A stretch of DNA of 47,972 nucleotides, filler included, from an uncultured bacterium (GTDB lineage: Bacteria; CAYSBA01): NCBI GenBank assembly GCA_964429075.1. It is 18 parts of 18 records of this genome, joined end to end, with 100 filler letters (N's around TTAATTAATTAA, not from the genome) between each part and the next. Parts side by side here need not be neighbours in the genome. Positions count along the whole stretch, not along the records: positions 18,977 to 21,539 come from CAYSBA010000272.1; positions 21,640 to 24,200 come from CAYSBA010000273.1; positions 24,301 to 26,860 come from CAYSBA010000274.1; positions 26,961 to 29,519 come from CAYSBA010000275.1; positions 29,620 to 32,178 come from CAYSBA010000276.1; 13 more parts are not named here. One strand, written 5' to 3'. Of the stretch, positions 20,389-30,860 are shown one piece after another (the first letter of the stretch is position 1; every line of letters starts with the position of its first letter). The notes under the pieces are model-generated. The model ran no database searches. It was not told the DNA's origin and was given only the letters and a program-made list of their open reading frames with translations. Made by a program: the position numbers and the translations under genes.

Positions 20389-21539
20389 AGCTCGACAAAT
20401 CTACAAAACTCTTTAAAGAAGCAAAGAGATATATCCCGGGTGGTGTAAACAGCCCAGCGAGGGCATTTGGTGCAGTTGGTGGCACTCCTCCTTTTGTAAA
20501 AAAAGGACATGGTTCTTACATATATGATGAAGACGACAATAGATATATAGATTTTGTTCTATCTTATGGACCTCTCATACTCGGACATAGCGATCCTGAA
20601 GTTGTTAATGCAATAAAAGAGGCCGTTGAGGAGGGTACCGGTTATGGAGCACCCACTAAAAAAGAGTTGGATTTCGCAAAACTTGTTACCCGAATGGTAC
20701 CATCCATTGAGAGTGTGAGACTTGTCAACTCCGGTACCGAGGCCACCATGTCTGCTGTGAGACTTGCAAGGGCCTATACCCAACGTGATATGATCGTTAA
20801 ATTTGCAGGCTGCTATCATGGTCATGCTGATTTCTTTTTAATAAGTGCAGGATCAGGTGCAATGACTCTCGGAACACCTTCAAGCCCGGGTGTAACAAAG
20901 GGAACAAGCTCAGATACTCTTGTAGCAGAATACAACAACCTCGATTCTGTTGAACGTATCTTTAAGACCTTTAAAAATAATATTGCCTGTGTGATTGTTG
21001 AGCCTATTGCAGGCAATATGGGGACCATACCTCCAGAAGAGGGATTTCTTGAAGGATTGAGAGAGTTAACCAGTCAGAATGGCTCGTTACTCATCTTTGA
21101 CGAAGTTATGAGTGGTTTTAGGGTGGCAAAGGGTGGTGCACAGGAGTTATATAACATTGAGCCAGATATCACTACCCTTGGTAAGGTTATCGGCGGAAGC
21201 ATGCCTATTGGTGCCTATGGTGGGAAGAGAGAGGTAATGACACTCGTATCACCGGATGGTCCAATGTATCAGGCAGGGACACTATCTGGCAATCCTGTTG
21301 CTGTATCAGCCGGGCTTGCAACCCTAAAAAGATTGCTGGACGACTGCTTCTATAATAAATTAGAGGAATATTCATCAAGATTAGAGAATGGTCTCTGGAT
21401 GTTGATTGAAAAGTATAGACTGCCATGCACAATTAATAGAGTTGGTTCAATGTTTACCCTGTTTTTCAATGACAGCAAAGTAACAGGCTTTAAAGACGTA
21501 ACTTCCTGTAATATGGAACTTTTTAAAAAGTACTTCCAT
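20385..21539 (+). CDS. hemL: Glutamate-1-semialdehyde 2,1-aminomutase, 3'-truncated
   Basis: PGGVNSP, NSGTEATM, FDEVMSGFR and YQAGTLSGNP motifs. Confidence 0.98.
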
Positions 21540-21641
21540 NNNNNNNNNNNNNNNNNNNNNNNNNNNNNNNNNNNNNNNNNNNNTTAATTAATTAANNNNN
21601 NNNNNNNNNNNNNNNNNNNNNNNNNNNNNNNNNNNNNNNAT

Positions 21642-24146
21642 TTAAGAGCACTCTGAAAAACCACATATACAGGTTACACATCCCTCTTTAAACTGAAGGG
21701 TATAATTTCCACATTCTGGACATGGCACGTTTGCAAATATATTTTTACCTTCATTTTCCTCTTTGTCATCAAGTGGTAATTTAAGCTGTTTATCTGATGT
21801 TGCAGGTTTTAGTTTGCCTTCAAGATGCATTCTTAGTGCCCTTGCTATCCCATCGGCGCAGGATAGAACCTGTATTCCACCCATCCACTTTGGTCTATGA
21901 CATCTAACACCAGAGAGTTGATTGATAATTGTTTCTGGATCTATCCCGGCACGAAGTGCAAGTGAGATAAGTCTACTAATTGCTTCTGTCTGCGATGAGA
22001 CACAGGCACCGGTCTTTCCTATTGACGAGAAGAGTTCAAAAGGACCATCATTATCTTCATTGATAGTTACATACATATTTCCACAACCTGTTGCAATCTT
22101 CTGGGTGAAGCCCATCAAGCAATCTGGCCTCTCTTTGGGTTTCAATTTATTCACTTGGTGTATTTCAGGCTCTTTTCTGTCACTGCTCTTTTTTGTTGTC
22201 AGTACCTGATGTGATTTACATCCATCCCTGTATATTGTAATCCCTTTGCACCCACTCTTGTAGGCCATCATGTACGCCCTTTTGACATCTTCCCTTGTTG
22301 CCTTATTGGGGAAATTGATTGTTTTGCTTACAGCATTATCTACATGTTTTTGAAATTCTGCCTGTATCTTAACATGCCAGAATGGGTCAATATCGTGAGC
22401 AACCACAAATACTCTCCTTATATCTTCAGGAATTGATGAAATGTGTTGTACAGTGCCTTCTTCAATCACCTTCTCTATGATCTCATCCCTATACAGGCCG
22501 ACCTCCTTCAACCGCTTAAGAAAATAGGGATTTATCTCTGTAAGTTTATCGTTATCCATGACATTTCTGGTAAATGCAAGTGCAAAGATAGGTTCTATCC
22601 CACTTGAACAGCCTGAGATTATACTAATGGTCCCTGTTGGGGCAATCGTAGTGGTAGTAGCATTCCTTAGAGGCTTCATACCCTTTCTGTCATATATGCT
22701 TCCTTCGAAGTTAGGGAATGGCCCCCTTTTCTCTGCAAGCTCTTTTGATTTTTCTTTTGAGCGTCTGTCTATAAAACCCATAACCTCATCGGCTATTTTT
22801 AAGGCTTCTTTTGAGTTATAGGGTATCTCTAATTGAAAGAGCATATCTGCAAAACCCATAACACCAAGACCTATCTTTCGGTTGGCCTTTGTCATCCTCT
22901 CTATTTCAGGAAGGGGATATTTATTTAAGTCGATTACATTATCAAGAAAATGGACAGCCTCATCCACAATCTCGCCAAGAAGATCGTAGTCTATTGCACC
23001 ATCTTTTACCATCTTCGATAGGTTGATTGACCCGAGGTTGCAAGACTCGAATGGAAGTAAGGGCTGCTCTCCACAGGGATTTGTGCTCTCTATCTCACCT
23101 ATGTGTGGAGTAGGATTATCTTCATTAATACGATCAATAAATATTATTCCAGGGTCTCCCGTCTTCCAGGCCATATCCACTATCTCATCAAAGACCTCTT
23201 TTGCCTTCAGCCGTTTAACAACAGTACCGTTTCTCGGATTTATCAGATCATACTCTTCATCGTTAAGATAAGCACGCATAAACTGTTCAGTAATAGCAAC
23301 TGAAATATTAAAGTTGCTTATCTGACCCTCCTTTTCTTTACACCTGATGAACTCAAGGATGTCAGGATGGTCAATGCGCAGGACTCCCATATTTGCTCCT
23401 CTTCTTGTACCGCCCTGCTTAATCGTCTCTGTTGCCACATCAAATACCCGCATAAACGACACTGGTCCAGAAGATATTCCCATTGTAGATTTTACTCTAT
23501 CATTTTTGGGCCTTATCCTGGAAAAGGAAAAACCTGTACCTCCACCACTCTTGTGAATCAGTGCTGCATTTTTTATAGCTGTAAATATCTCCTCCATAGA
23601 GTCGCCAACGGGCAAAACAAAGCAGGCACTTAACTGTCCGAGTTCTCTACCAGCATTCATCAGGGTTGGTGAATTTGGCATAAAATAGAGGTTTGCCATC
23701 ATCCAGTAAAATTTATTCGCTACTCTGGCGATATCTGCATCTTTATTATAAATAAGATCGGCTGTTGCAATAAAACCCGCAACCCTTCTGAAAAGTTCTC
23801 TGGGTGTCTCTATCGGCTCTCCATCTGGACCCTTTTTCAAATAACGCCTCTTAAGAACCAGGATCGCATTTTCTGTCAATTCAATCTTTGGCTCTATGCC
23901 TCTTTGTTCGAGCTCTTCATGGAGCAGATTAATGAGTTTTCCTGCCTTAAAGTCTCCATTTTTTGAAGTACCATAATTATTTTCTATCTCAACAGTAAAT
24001 ATCTTTGCCTCTTCAATATCAAGCCCAAGATCCCTGTGCATCATCTCAATTATGGTCTGTCTGTTCCACTTAATTGATACATCTGGATCGAGTCTCCAGT
24101 TCCAGAATGAAAACTGTCGCTTTGTAAAGATCCCTTTTCTTGTCAT
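21642..24146 (-). CDS. nrdJ: Class II (adenosylcobalamin-dependent) ribonucleotide reductase with ATP-cone-like N-terminus and TSCPD/zinc-ribbon C-terminus
   Basis: PNSPTLMNAG, SACFV, TNPCGEQPL, TIAPTGTIS, TGCGNMYVT, SCADG, and terminal CPEC...CICGFSEC. Confidence 0.95.
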   Translation of the reverse strand: MTRKGIFTKRQFSFWNWRLDPDVSIKWNRQTIIEMMHRDLGLDIEEAKIFTVEIENNYGTSKNGDFKAGKLINLLHEELEQRGIEPKIELTENAILVLKRRYLKKGPDGEPIETPRELFRRVAGFIATADLIYNKDADIARVANKFYWMMANLYFMPNSPTLMNAGRELGQLSACFVLPVGDSMEEIFTAIKNAALIHKSGGGTGFSFSRIRPKNDRVKSTMGISSGPVSFMRVFDVATETIKQGGTRRGANMGVLRIDHPDILEFIRCKEKEGQISNFNISVAITEQFMRAYLNDEEYDLINPRNGTVVKRLKAKEVFDEIVDMAWKTGDPGIIFIDRINEDNPTPHIGEIESTNPCGEQPLLPFESCNLGSINLSKMVKDGAIDYDLLGEIVDEAVHFLDNVIDLNKYPLPEIERMTKANRKIGLGVMGFADMLFQLEIPYNSKEALKIADEVMGFIDRRSKEKSKELAEKRGPFPNFEGSIYDRKGMKPLRNATTTTIAPTGTISIISGCSSGIEPIFALAFTRNVMDNDKLTEINPYFLKRLKEVGLYRDEIIEKVIEEGTVQHISSIPEDIRRVFVVAHDIDPFWHVKIQAEFQKHVDNAVSKTINFPNKATREDVKRAYMMAYKSGCKGITIYRDGCKSHQVLTTKKSSDRKEPEIHQVNKLKPKERPDCLMGFTQKIATGCGNMYVTINEDNDGPFELFSSIGKTGACVSSQTEAISRLISLALRAGIDPETIINQLSGVRCHRPKWMGGIQVLSCADGIARALRMHLEGKLKPATSDKQLKLPLDDKEENEGKNIFANVPCPECGNYTLQFKEGCVTCICGFSECS

Positions 24147-24159
24147 TTGACCCTCCCTA

Positions 24160-24200
24160 TTACAATATGTTGTTGTAGTTTTTGTATAGTACTACAAGAT
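24160..24200. promoter_or_regulatory. Tandem NrdR boxes (second cut by the contig end)
   Basis: ttACAATATGTTGTtg at 24160-24175 and ctACAAGAT... starting 32 bp away, immediately upstream of nrdJ. Confidence 0.7.
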
Positions 24201-24302
24201 NNNNNNNNNNNNNNNNNNNNNNNNNNNNNNNNNNNNNNNNNNNNTTAATTAATTAANNNNNNNNNNNNNNNNNNNNNNNNNNNNNNNNNNNNNNNNNNNN
24301 TA

Positions 24303-25586
24303 AAAGAAAGCAGGGATAACCTTGCTGCCCTCGGTATCTTTTCCGGGATAAAGATCTATCTGCTTGATCCTGAAAAGGAGGAAAAATTTAAAACCCTTGT
24401 AGTTGAATTGAGGGAGAAACCCAAAAATTTTATTGAACTTACCATGGGTCTAAAGAGTGAAGAGGGTCTCAGAACCAGAGTGGATTACATTAGAAGAAAC
24501 ATGCTGGGACTTGGTGCAAACCTGGAACTCCTTGGAAAGGTTAGCTATCCGATCTTTGGGATAGGCAAAAGCTCAAACTATGTTTACAGCACATCGTATA
24601 AACAGATGTATGGTGAGGCAACTTTCCTGGATATCCTTGAAAGAGAGATAGAATTAAACCTTACCACACCTTCTCTATCTTTCATCCCATGGACATCCAG
24701 TTATTCAATGGGTATGTCACACCAGAAAATCAATGAACCAAGTTATACTGTTAATAGGTATGCAATGATTTTTTCATTCTTTTCTAATCCAGTAAGCCGT
24801 ATAAAATTGACAAGTCAGTACGAATTAGAGTGGCTGCAGGATATAAGTTCGAGCTACTACAATATTAATACTGTAGACTGCAATGCGCCTTCTGGAAAAA
24901 GCACAATGGAAACCCTGAGAGAGATCTTTGCCTACGACCGTCGTAACAATCCTTTTATGCCAACAAGGGGGATATATTCTTCAATGTTGATGGAATGGAC
25001 TAAAACTGTAGGTATCTTTAATCCAGATTTTTATAGTCATTTCATAAAGTTTACAGGACAAATAACAGGTTATATTCCGATAAAAAATCTTTTAGTGTTT
25101 GTGTCCTCAATAAGGGGTGGTAACATACTCCCACTTGCAAAAGACACAAAGATACCACTAAATAAGCGTTTTTTTCTTGGAGGTACAGACACTCTTCGTG
25201 GATATAAAGAACAATCTATGGTACCGGATGACCACTATTCTTACCTTATAAATCGTTGTGGAATAAGATCAAAGGAAGACCTTGCTATACCCTATGAAAA
25301 TGGGCGAACAATCAGTGAAGGTGGTTCTAGTTTTTTTAATACCAAGTTTGAACTGAGGATACCTATTATTGATAAATTTCAGATGGCATTTTTTGTAGAT
25401 GCCGGAAACCTGTGGATAGAACCAGAGAATTTCAATCTTATGAGATTGCGATGGGTATCTGGTATGGGTATAAGATACTCTACTCCGATCGGTCCCATCA
25501 GTCTTGAAATCGGTTACAACCTTAAACCAAGGGCACTATTCCTTGAAGACAGATGGAATCTACACTTTTCAATAGGCGTCTTTTAA
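24303..25586 (+). CDS. BamA/TamA (Omp85) family outer membrane protein, 5'-truncated
   Basis: End of a POTRA domain, then RFFLGG..TLRGY, FVDAGN, GIRYSTPIGPI and a C-terminal Phe. Confidence 0.92.
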   Translation, partial: KESRDNLAALGIFSGIKIYLLDPEKEEKFKTLVVELREKPKNFIELTMGLKSEEGLRTRVDYIRRNMLGLGANLELLGKVSYPIFGIGKSSNYVYSTSYKQMYGEATFLDILEREIELNLTTPSLSFIPWTSSYSMGMSHQKINEPSYTVNRYAMIFSFFSNPVSRIKLTSQYELEWLQDISSSYYNINTVDCNAPSGKSTMETLREIFAYDRRNNPFMPTRGIYSSMLMEWTKTVGIFNPDFYSHFIKFTGQITGYIPIKNLLVFVSSIRGGNILPLAKDTKIPLNKRFFLGGTDTLRGYKEQSMVPDDHYSYLINRCGIRSKEDLAIPYENGRTISEGGSSFFNTKFELRIPIIDKFQMAFFVDAGNLWIEPENFNLMRLRWVSGMGIRYSTPIGPISLEIGYNLKPRALFLEDRWNLHFSIGVF

Positions 25587-26032
25587 GATTTCCATCCTTT
25601 ATCTGTGATTCTATGCTTGGCAGGCTTGCTCGGTATCTTAGAATGATTGGAATAGATTGTCTTTATGAAAAAAACTGGGATAAGGATATTATGATAAAGA
25701 TCTCGAACGAACAGAAAAGAGTAGTTCTTACAAGAGACCTTTCTTTGATAAAAAGACGCGACTTGAAATACTATTTTTTTATAGAGAGCGATGATCCACA
25801 GAAACAGGTAAAGAAAGTTATCAATGATTTTAAGATTGTCATAAAACGAAGAACAAAGAGATGTCCTTTGTGCAATGAACTGTTATTAGAGGTATCAAAG
25901 CATGAGATAAAAGATAAAATATGGCCTTTTGTTTATAAGAACTTCGACAAATTCTATATGTGCTCCTTATGTGGTAGGATCTACTGGGGAGGCAGTCATG
26001 TCTCAAGATTCTTAGAAATGCTTAAAGATTAA
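25553..26032 (+). CDS. Mut7-C RNase domain protein
   Basis: CDSMLGRLARYLR, LTRD, RCPLCN and CSLCGRIYWGGSH motifs. Confidence 0.9.
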   Translation: MESTLFNRRLLRFPSFICDSMLGRLARYLRMIGIDCLYEKNWDKDIMIKISNEQKRVVLTRDLSLIKRRDLKYYFFIESDDPQKQVKKVINDFKIVIKRRTKRCPLCNELLLEVSKHEIKDKIWPFVYKNFDKFYMCSLCGRIYWGGSHVSRFLEMLKD

Positions 26033-26860
26033 TATGCATTGCCTTATCGATCCTTTTTATTACCCTATCTTTGCCGATAAGCTCCACAGTTTCAAATATA
26101 CCAGGACTTACATTGGTGCCTGTTATAGCTGCTCTCAAAGATTGTGCCACATCTTTTAGTGAACATCCAAGCTCTTGTGATACACCCCTCAAGATCCTCT
26201 CTATCTCCTCGTTATCGAGTTTTTCTGCCTTTGAAAAGGCCTCTTTGAGAGCAGGATAGATTTTCTTGTCTATGCCCTTTTTAATGAGTTTTTCCCCTTT
26301 ATCTGTATATTCAAAACTGTCTGAAAAGAAGTAGATCGACCTTTCTGCAAGTTCTTTAAGTGTCTTAGATCGTTCAACAACTAGCGAGATTATCCTAAAA
26401 AGCCGATCATTATCTAATTCATCTATTCCAATTCCTATCTCTTTAAAAAATGGTTTTAATAGTTCCGCTAAGTCATGTGGAACCCTCTTCCTCAGGTAGA
26501 CAGAGTTAAGCCAATCGAGTTTGTCAGGATTAAATATTGCAGGTGATTTACTCACCTTGTCTATATCAAAGTACCTGATTAGCTCATCCATACTGAAAAC
26601 CTCTTTGTCTTCCATACCCCATCCCAATCTTGCAAGAAAATTAACCATAGCCTCGGGTAGATAGCCAAGTCTTTTATATTCATTGACACTCATTGCTCCA
26701 TGACGCTTTGATAGTCTCTTTTTGTCCTGACCATAGATCAGGGGTATGTGATAAAATTCTGGGGTGTCTCTGCCTATGGCCTGGTAGACAAGTGTTTGTT
26801 TAAATGAATTGGTAAGATGATCATCGCCTCTTATTATACAGGTGATACCCATTTCAATGT
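26022..26860 (-). CDS. gltX: Glutamate--tRNA ligase, 5'-truncated
   Basis: IIRGDDH, RLSKRHG (KMSKS motif), NFLARLGW and the anticodon-binding domain. Confidence 0.96.
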
Positions 26861-27018
26861 NNNNNNNNNNNNNNNNNNNNNNNNNNNNNNNNNNNNNNNN
26901 NNNNTTAATTAATTAANNNNNNNNNNNNNNNNNNNNNNNNNNNNNNNNNNNNNNNNNNNNACTGCCATATATAGAACTTCTTGATGTTCAATTTGAAATA
27001 TTAAATGTTTAATCTAAA

Positions 27019-28008
27019 ATGGATAAGAGAAAAGGTTATAATGATCAGCTAAAAGAGGTTGCTAATTATTTATCTAATGCAAATAAGATCCTAATAATTT
27101 CGCATATGGGTCCTGATGGTGATACACTTGGCTCTGCACTTGGCCTCTATAATGCATTAAAGATGTTGAAAAAAAACATTGTCCTTTATTGCAAAGACTT
27201 GGTTCCAACACGATACAGATTCCTGCCTGGTGCAGACAGATTTATTTCAAGAATTCCTGATAATGAATCTTTTGATGTAACAGTACTTGTTGATCACGGT
27301 GAGGTTGCACAGGCAGGTCAGGAATTTATCGATTTCGATGGGAAAGGCACAGTACTGAATCTTGGACACCATAAATATCACAAACCTTTTGGAAAAATAG
27401 ATCTGAATAACTTTGAAAAGGCAAGTACAGGGATTGTAATCTACGATCTTATAAAGACAATGGGCATTGAACTTAACAGAGATATTGCAATCTGTATATA
27501 TACAACTATACTGACGGACACAGGTTCATTTCATTACGCTAATACAGACAGCGAAGCCTTTAGTATATGTAGCAAACTGATAAGGTATGATATCGATCCA
27601 TGGTTTGTCGCAATGCAGATATACGAGAACTACCCTCCAGAAAAGCTATACCTGATGCGAGAGGCCCTCAAAAATCTATATATATCTAATCGTGGCAAAT
27701 ATGGCTCAATAACAATCTTTAAAGATATCCTTGAAAAATATGGTAAGGAGTCAGATCTTATTGATGGGTTAATAAATCTGGTAAGGGGAATAAATAGTGT
27801 TGAGATCGCAGTTTTATTTAGAGAAGTGGAGAAAGATATCTTCAGAGTCAGTTTCCGATCTAAGGGCAACTATAATGTTGCAAGTATAGCTATTGCCTTT
27901 GGTGGGGGTGGTCATAAGAACTCAGCAGGCTGTCAGATAGAAGGCACTTATGAGGATGTTAGAAATAAGATCTTTCAAGAGATAGAAAGGTGTCTCTACA
28001 ATGGGTAA
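27019..28008 (+). CDS. nrnA: DHH/DHHA1 phosphoesterase (NrnA oligoribonuclease/pAp phosphatase)
   Basis: H..PDGD..GS, TDTGSF, VSFRS and GGGGH motifs; upstream of truB. The DHH motif reads GHH. Confidence 0.88.
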   Translation: MDKRKGYNDQLKEVANYLSNANKILIISHMGPDGDTLGSALGLYNALKMLKKNIVLYCKDLVPTRYRFLPGADRFISRIPDNESFDVTVLVDHGEVAQAGQEFIDFDGKGTVLNLGHHKYHKPFGKIDLNNFEKASTGIVIYDLIKTMGIELNRDIAICIYTTILTDTGSFHYANTDSEAFSICSKLIRYDIDPWFVAMQIYENYPPEKLYLMREALKNLYISNRGKYGSITIFKDILEKYGKESDLIDGLINLVRGINSVEIAVLFREVEKDIFRVSFRSKGNYNVASIAIAFGGGGHKNSAGCQIEGTYEDVRNKIFQEIERCLYNG

Positions 28009-28903
28009 TAAAAGTGGAATTCTTCTTGTCTATAAAGAAAGGGGCCTTACATCTACAAAGACACTTGAATTTTTAAAAAGGGCTCGCTGGATCAAAAAAG
28101 TAGGGCATTTCGGTGCTCTCGATCCGGTTGCAACCGGTCTTTTGCTAGTTGGTGTAAATGCCGGAACAAAGATGAATGAGTATGCAAAAAGGTTTAAAAA
28201 AGAATACTACGCTGTTGTCAGATTTGGAATTCTAACTGATACAATGGATATCGATGGAAAGATTATAAAGTGGTATACCCCACCCTTTCCTGGAGAAAAG
28301 AGTATAAAGAATGCAGTATCAAAGGTTGCTGCTATGAAAGAACAGAAGGTGCCTGGCTATTCTGCAAAAAAATTCAAGGGAAAACCTCTTTATAAATATA
28401 CAAGAAGTGGTAAAAATGTCCCTGATTTTACAAAACCAATTGAGATATATGACATGCATATCCTTGATATCAGATGGCCTGAGGTAAAACTTTACATCCT
28501 ATGTTCTGCAGGTACCTTTATAAGAAGGATCGCATACGACTTGGGTCAACAGTTAGATTTAGACTCTGTATTGTTTGGGCTTATTAGGACAAAGATAGGA
28601 GATTTTTCTTACGAAAAGGCAAAAAAACCAAGAGAGATTACAAGATCCGATCCTGCTACACTCGCTCAAGATGGTTGTTTCATATCTATGGACGAATTTG
28701 TTAATGACGCAGTAAGGATTCAGGTGGACCGAGATACCTTAAAAAAGGTTGTAAGTGGAAAGGTATCCTGTCTTGATAAGTTCACATATGGGATGAAACC
28801 GGGCATAGTAAAGCTTGTTGCGCAGGGATCAGATTCCCTTGTACTTATGAATTATAGAGGTCCTGAAAAGGGTTTTGAAATCATAAGAGTAATTTCCGAG
28901 TGA
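28001..28903 (+). CDS. truB: tRNA pseudouridine(55) synthase, divergent
   Basis: KVGHFGALDPVATG (catalytic Asp), YSAKK..GKPLY and CSAGTFIR motifs. Confidence 0.9.
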   Translation: MGNKSGILLVYKERGLTSTKTLEFLKRARWIKKVGHFGALDPVATGLLLVGVNAGTKMNEYAKRFKKEYYAVVRFGILTDTMDIDGKIIKWYTPPFPGEKSIKNAVSKVAAMKEQKVPGYSAKKFKGKPLYKYTRSGKNVPDFTKPIEIYDMHILDIRWPEVKLYILCSAGTFIRRIAYDLGQQLDLDSVLFGLIRTKIGDFSYEKAKKPREITRSDPATLAQDGCFISMDEFVNDAVRIQVDRDTLKKVVSGKVSCLDKFTYGMKPGIVKLVAQGSDSLVLMNYRGPEKGFEIIRVISE

Positions 28904-29518
28904 TCATAGTTGCATCAATTGGCTATAAAGGCTATAAATATTGTCTGCCCTTTCTAAAAGGATATCCTTGTCTTTTAAAAAGGCTTCGCCCTCCTTTTGT
29001 TTCTTCTTTAGAGTAGTCTCTATTGCACCCTTTGTATCAGAAAGGACCTCTTTAAATTTTTTATTTAGATCAGACTTAAATTTTCTGAAGGTCTCATTTA
29101 TACTTTGATAAAGTGCCCATCTTATGTTTTCCACATTGCTATTTACAAGCGGATCGATTTGACGGCTTATCTGATTGAGGAATCTCTTTTTCTTGATCCC
29201 TTCAGGAAGAAACCTCTCTAAAATACCATCAGAAATTGCGGTAAAGGAGGTCGACCACCGATAGGTCACCCAATATGGGCGCCTGACAATCTGAAAAACC
29301 TCCTCTGCATCAAGAGGTTGATACTTTATATCAAAGATACTTGCAGCGGTCTTTCTGATGGATTCAACCAGTTCATCTGTTCTTTGTAAATGTCTCTTAA
29401 GTACTGTAGTCATTTTTTCTTTTACCCTTTCAGTGGTCTTTTGGTTCAGCTTTTCATAATATGAAGGGATTATCTCAGACAGTAGTTTGTCAATTCTGTC
29501 TTTTGATATTTCGATACC
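28904..29518 (-). CDS. C-terminal helical region, probably of a bacterial dynamin-like protein (5'-truncated)
   Basis: Frame is open to the contig edge. PYWV and NVENIRWA segments are recalled from dynamin-family C-termini; the GTPase domain is not visible. Confidence 0.5.
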   Translation of the reverse strand, partial: GIEISKDRIDKLLSEIIPSYYEKLNQKTTERVKEKMTTVLKRHLQRTDELVESIRKTAASIFDIKYQPLDAEEVFQIVRRPYWVTYRWSTSFTAISDGILERFLPEGIKKKRFLNQISRQIDPLVNSNVENIRWALYQSINETFRKFKSDLNKKFKEVLSDTKGAIETTLKKKQKEGEAFLKDKDILLERADNIYSLYSQLMQL

Positions 29519-29619
29519 ANNNNNNNNNNNNNNNNNNNNNNNNNNNNNNNNNNNNNNNNNNNNTTAATTAATTAANNNNNNNNNNNNNNNNNNNNNNNNN
29601 NNNNNNNNNNNNNNNNNNN

Positions 29620-30860
29620 GATATTACACTGTTCAAAAGAGCAATGAGCACAAGAAGATACATCAAAAACCCTGCCCTATGTATCAATGATGCAAACAGA
29701 TAGAACTTTGCCACAAACCCCCCTGTAGGCGGGATACCAGCAAGTGCAATTAAGAATATAGAAAAAGGAATGGCAATTGCAGGTACCCTGTACCCCAGTC
29801 CCCTGAATACATCAAGAGTAACAGCATCACTTTTTCTCTCAATTAATGACACAGCACCAAAGGCACCCATGTTCATTGCCATATATACTGTAAGATAAAA
29901 AAGAATGGCCTCCTTTCCCCCTGACTCTAATGCCAGAAAACCGAGCAGTAAATAGCCTGCGTGGGCAACACTCGAATATGCTAGAAGTCTTTTTGTATTG
30001 TTTTGAACTATAGCGGCAAGATTGCCCCAGGTCATAGTAACAACTGACACAATCGAGATTATCCAGATAATACCATCACTCTGTAAAGAATGACCAGCCA
30101 ATCTTATCAATACAGCAAACCCGGCAATCTTTGGAGCAACCGAAAGATATGCTGTAAATGTTGTAGGCGCACCTTGGTAGGCATCAGGACACCACAGGTG
30201 CATTGGAAAGGCAGCTATCTTAAAAAAGAGCCCCAAAATAAATAAAAGAGCTCCACTGAATGCTGGCGATGATGGGCTGTTCAAGGACGTAGCAACATCT
30301 GTCAAGGTAAAACCACCGCTATAGCCTGCAACAAGTGATATCCCAAAGATCATAATTCCACTTGCAACACCACCGAAGATTACATATTTGGTTCCTGCTT
30401 CTGTTGATTCAGGGTTTAATGGCCTATATCCTACAAGGATGTATGAAACAACGCTGATTGTCTCCATGGAAAGATAGATCATTAAAAGATTCTCTGTTGA
30501 TGAGAAGACCAACATACCAAAAAGCATAACGAGAATAAAACCACCAAACTCCTCTACCCTCTTGGTAACACCTGATCTGTTGTCTGAGTATAAAAGATAA
30601 AAGAGTATAGTGGATGTGAGTAAAATCAAACCAGTAAAATATCCTGTTCCATCTTTAATAATAAGACCAGAAAAGGCCAGGTTGTTAAAATGGTATGAAA
30701 GAATAAAAATTGCTGAAGTAAGAATAAGCAAAAATGGGAACAAGATCTTTGAAATTTCACGTCTAATTGCTGCAAAAATGAATGTAAAAAGCGCACCAAA
30801 TGCAAGAATTAGCTCTGGAATTACGGTCTTTGTGCTTTCTAATAAGGAAGTCACTGTCAT
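29620..30860 (-). CDS. nuoN: NADH-quinone oxidoreductase subunit N (copy 1), 3'-truncated
   Basis: EAGTKY, FKIAAFPMHLWCPDAYQGAP, KRLLAYSS and GIPPTGGF motifs. Confidence 0.93.

Noticed and set aside
25553..26032. Mut7-C RNase as the toxin of a toxin-antitoxin pair
   Set aside because: There is no adjacent antitoxin-like gene. It is coupled to a BamA-family gene in a housekeeping context.
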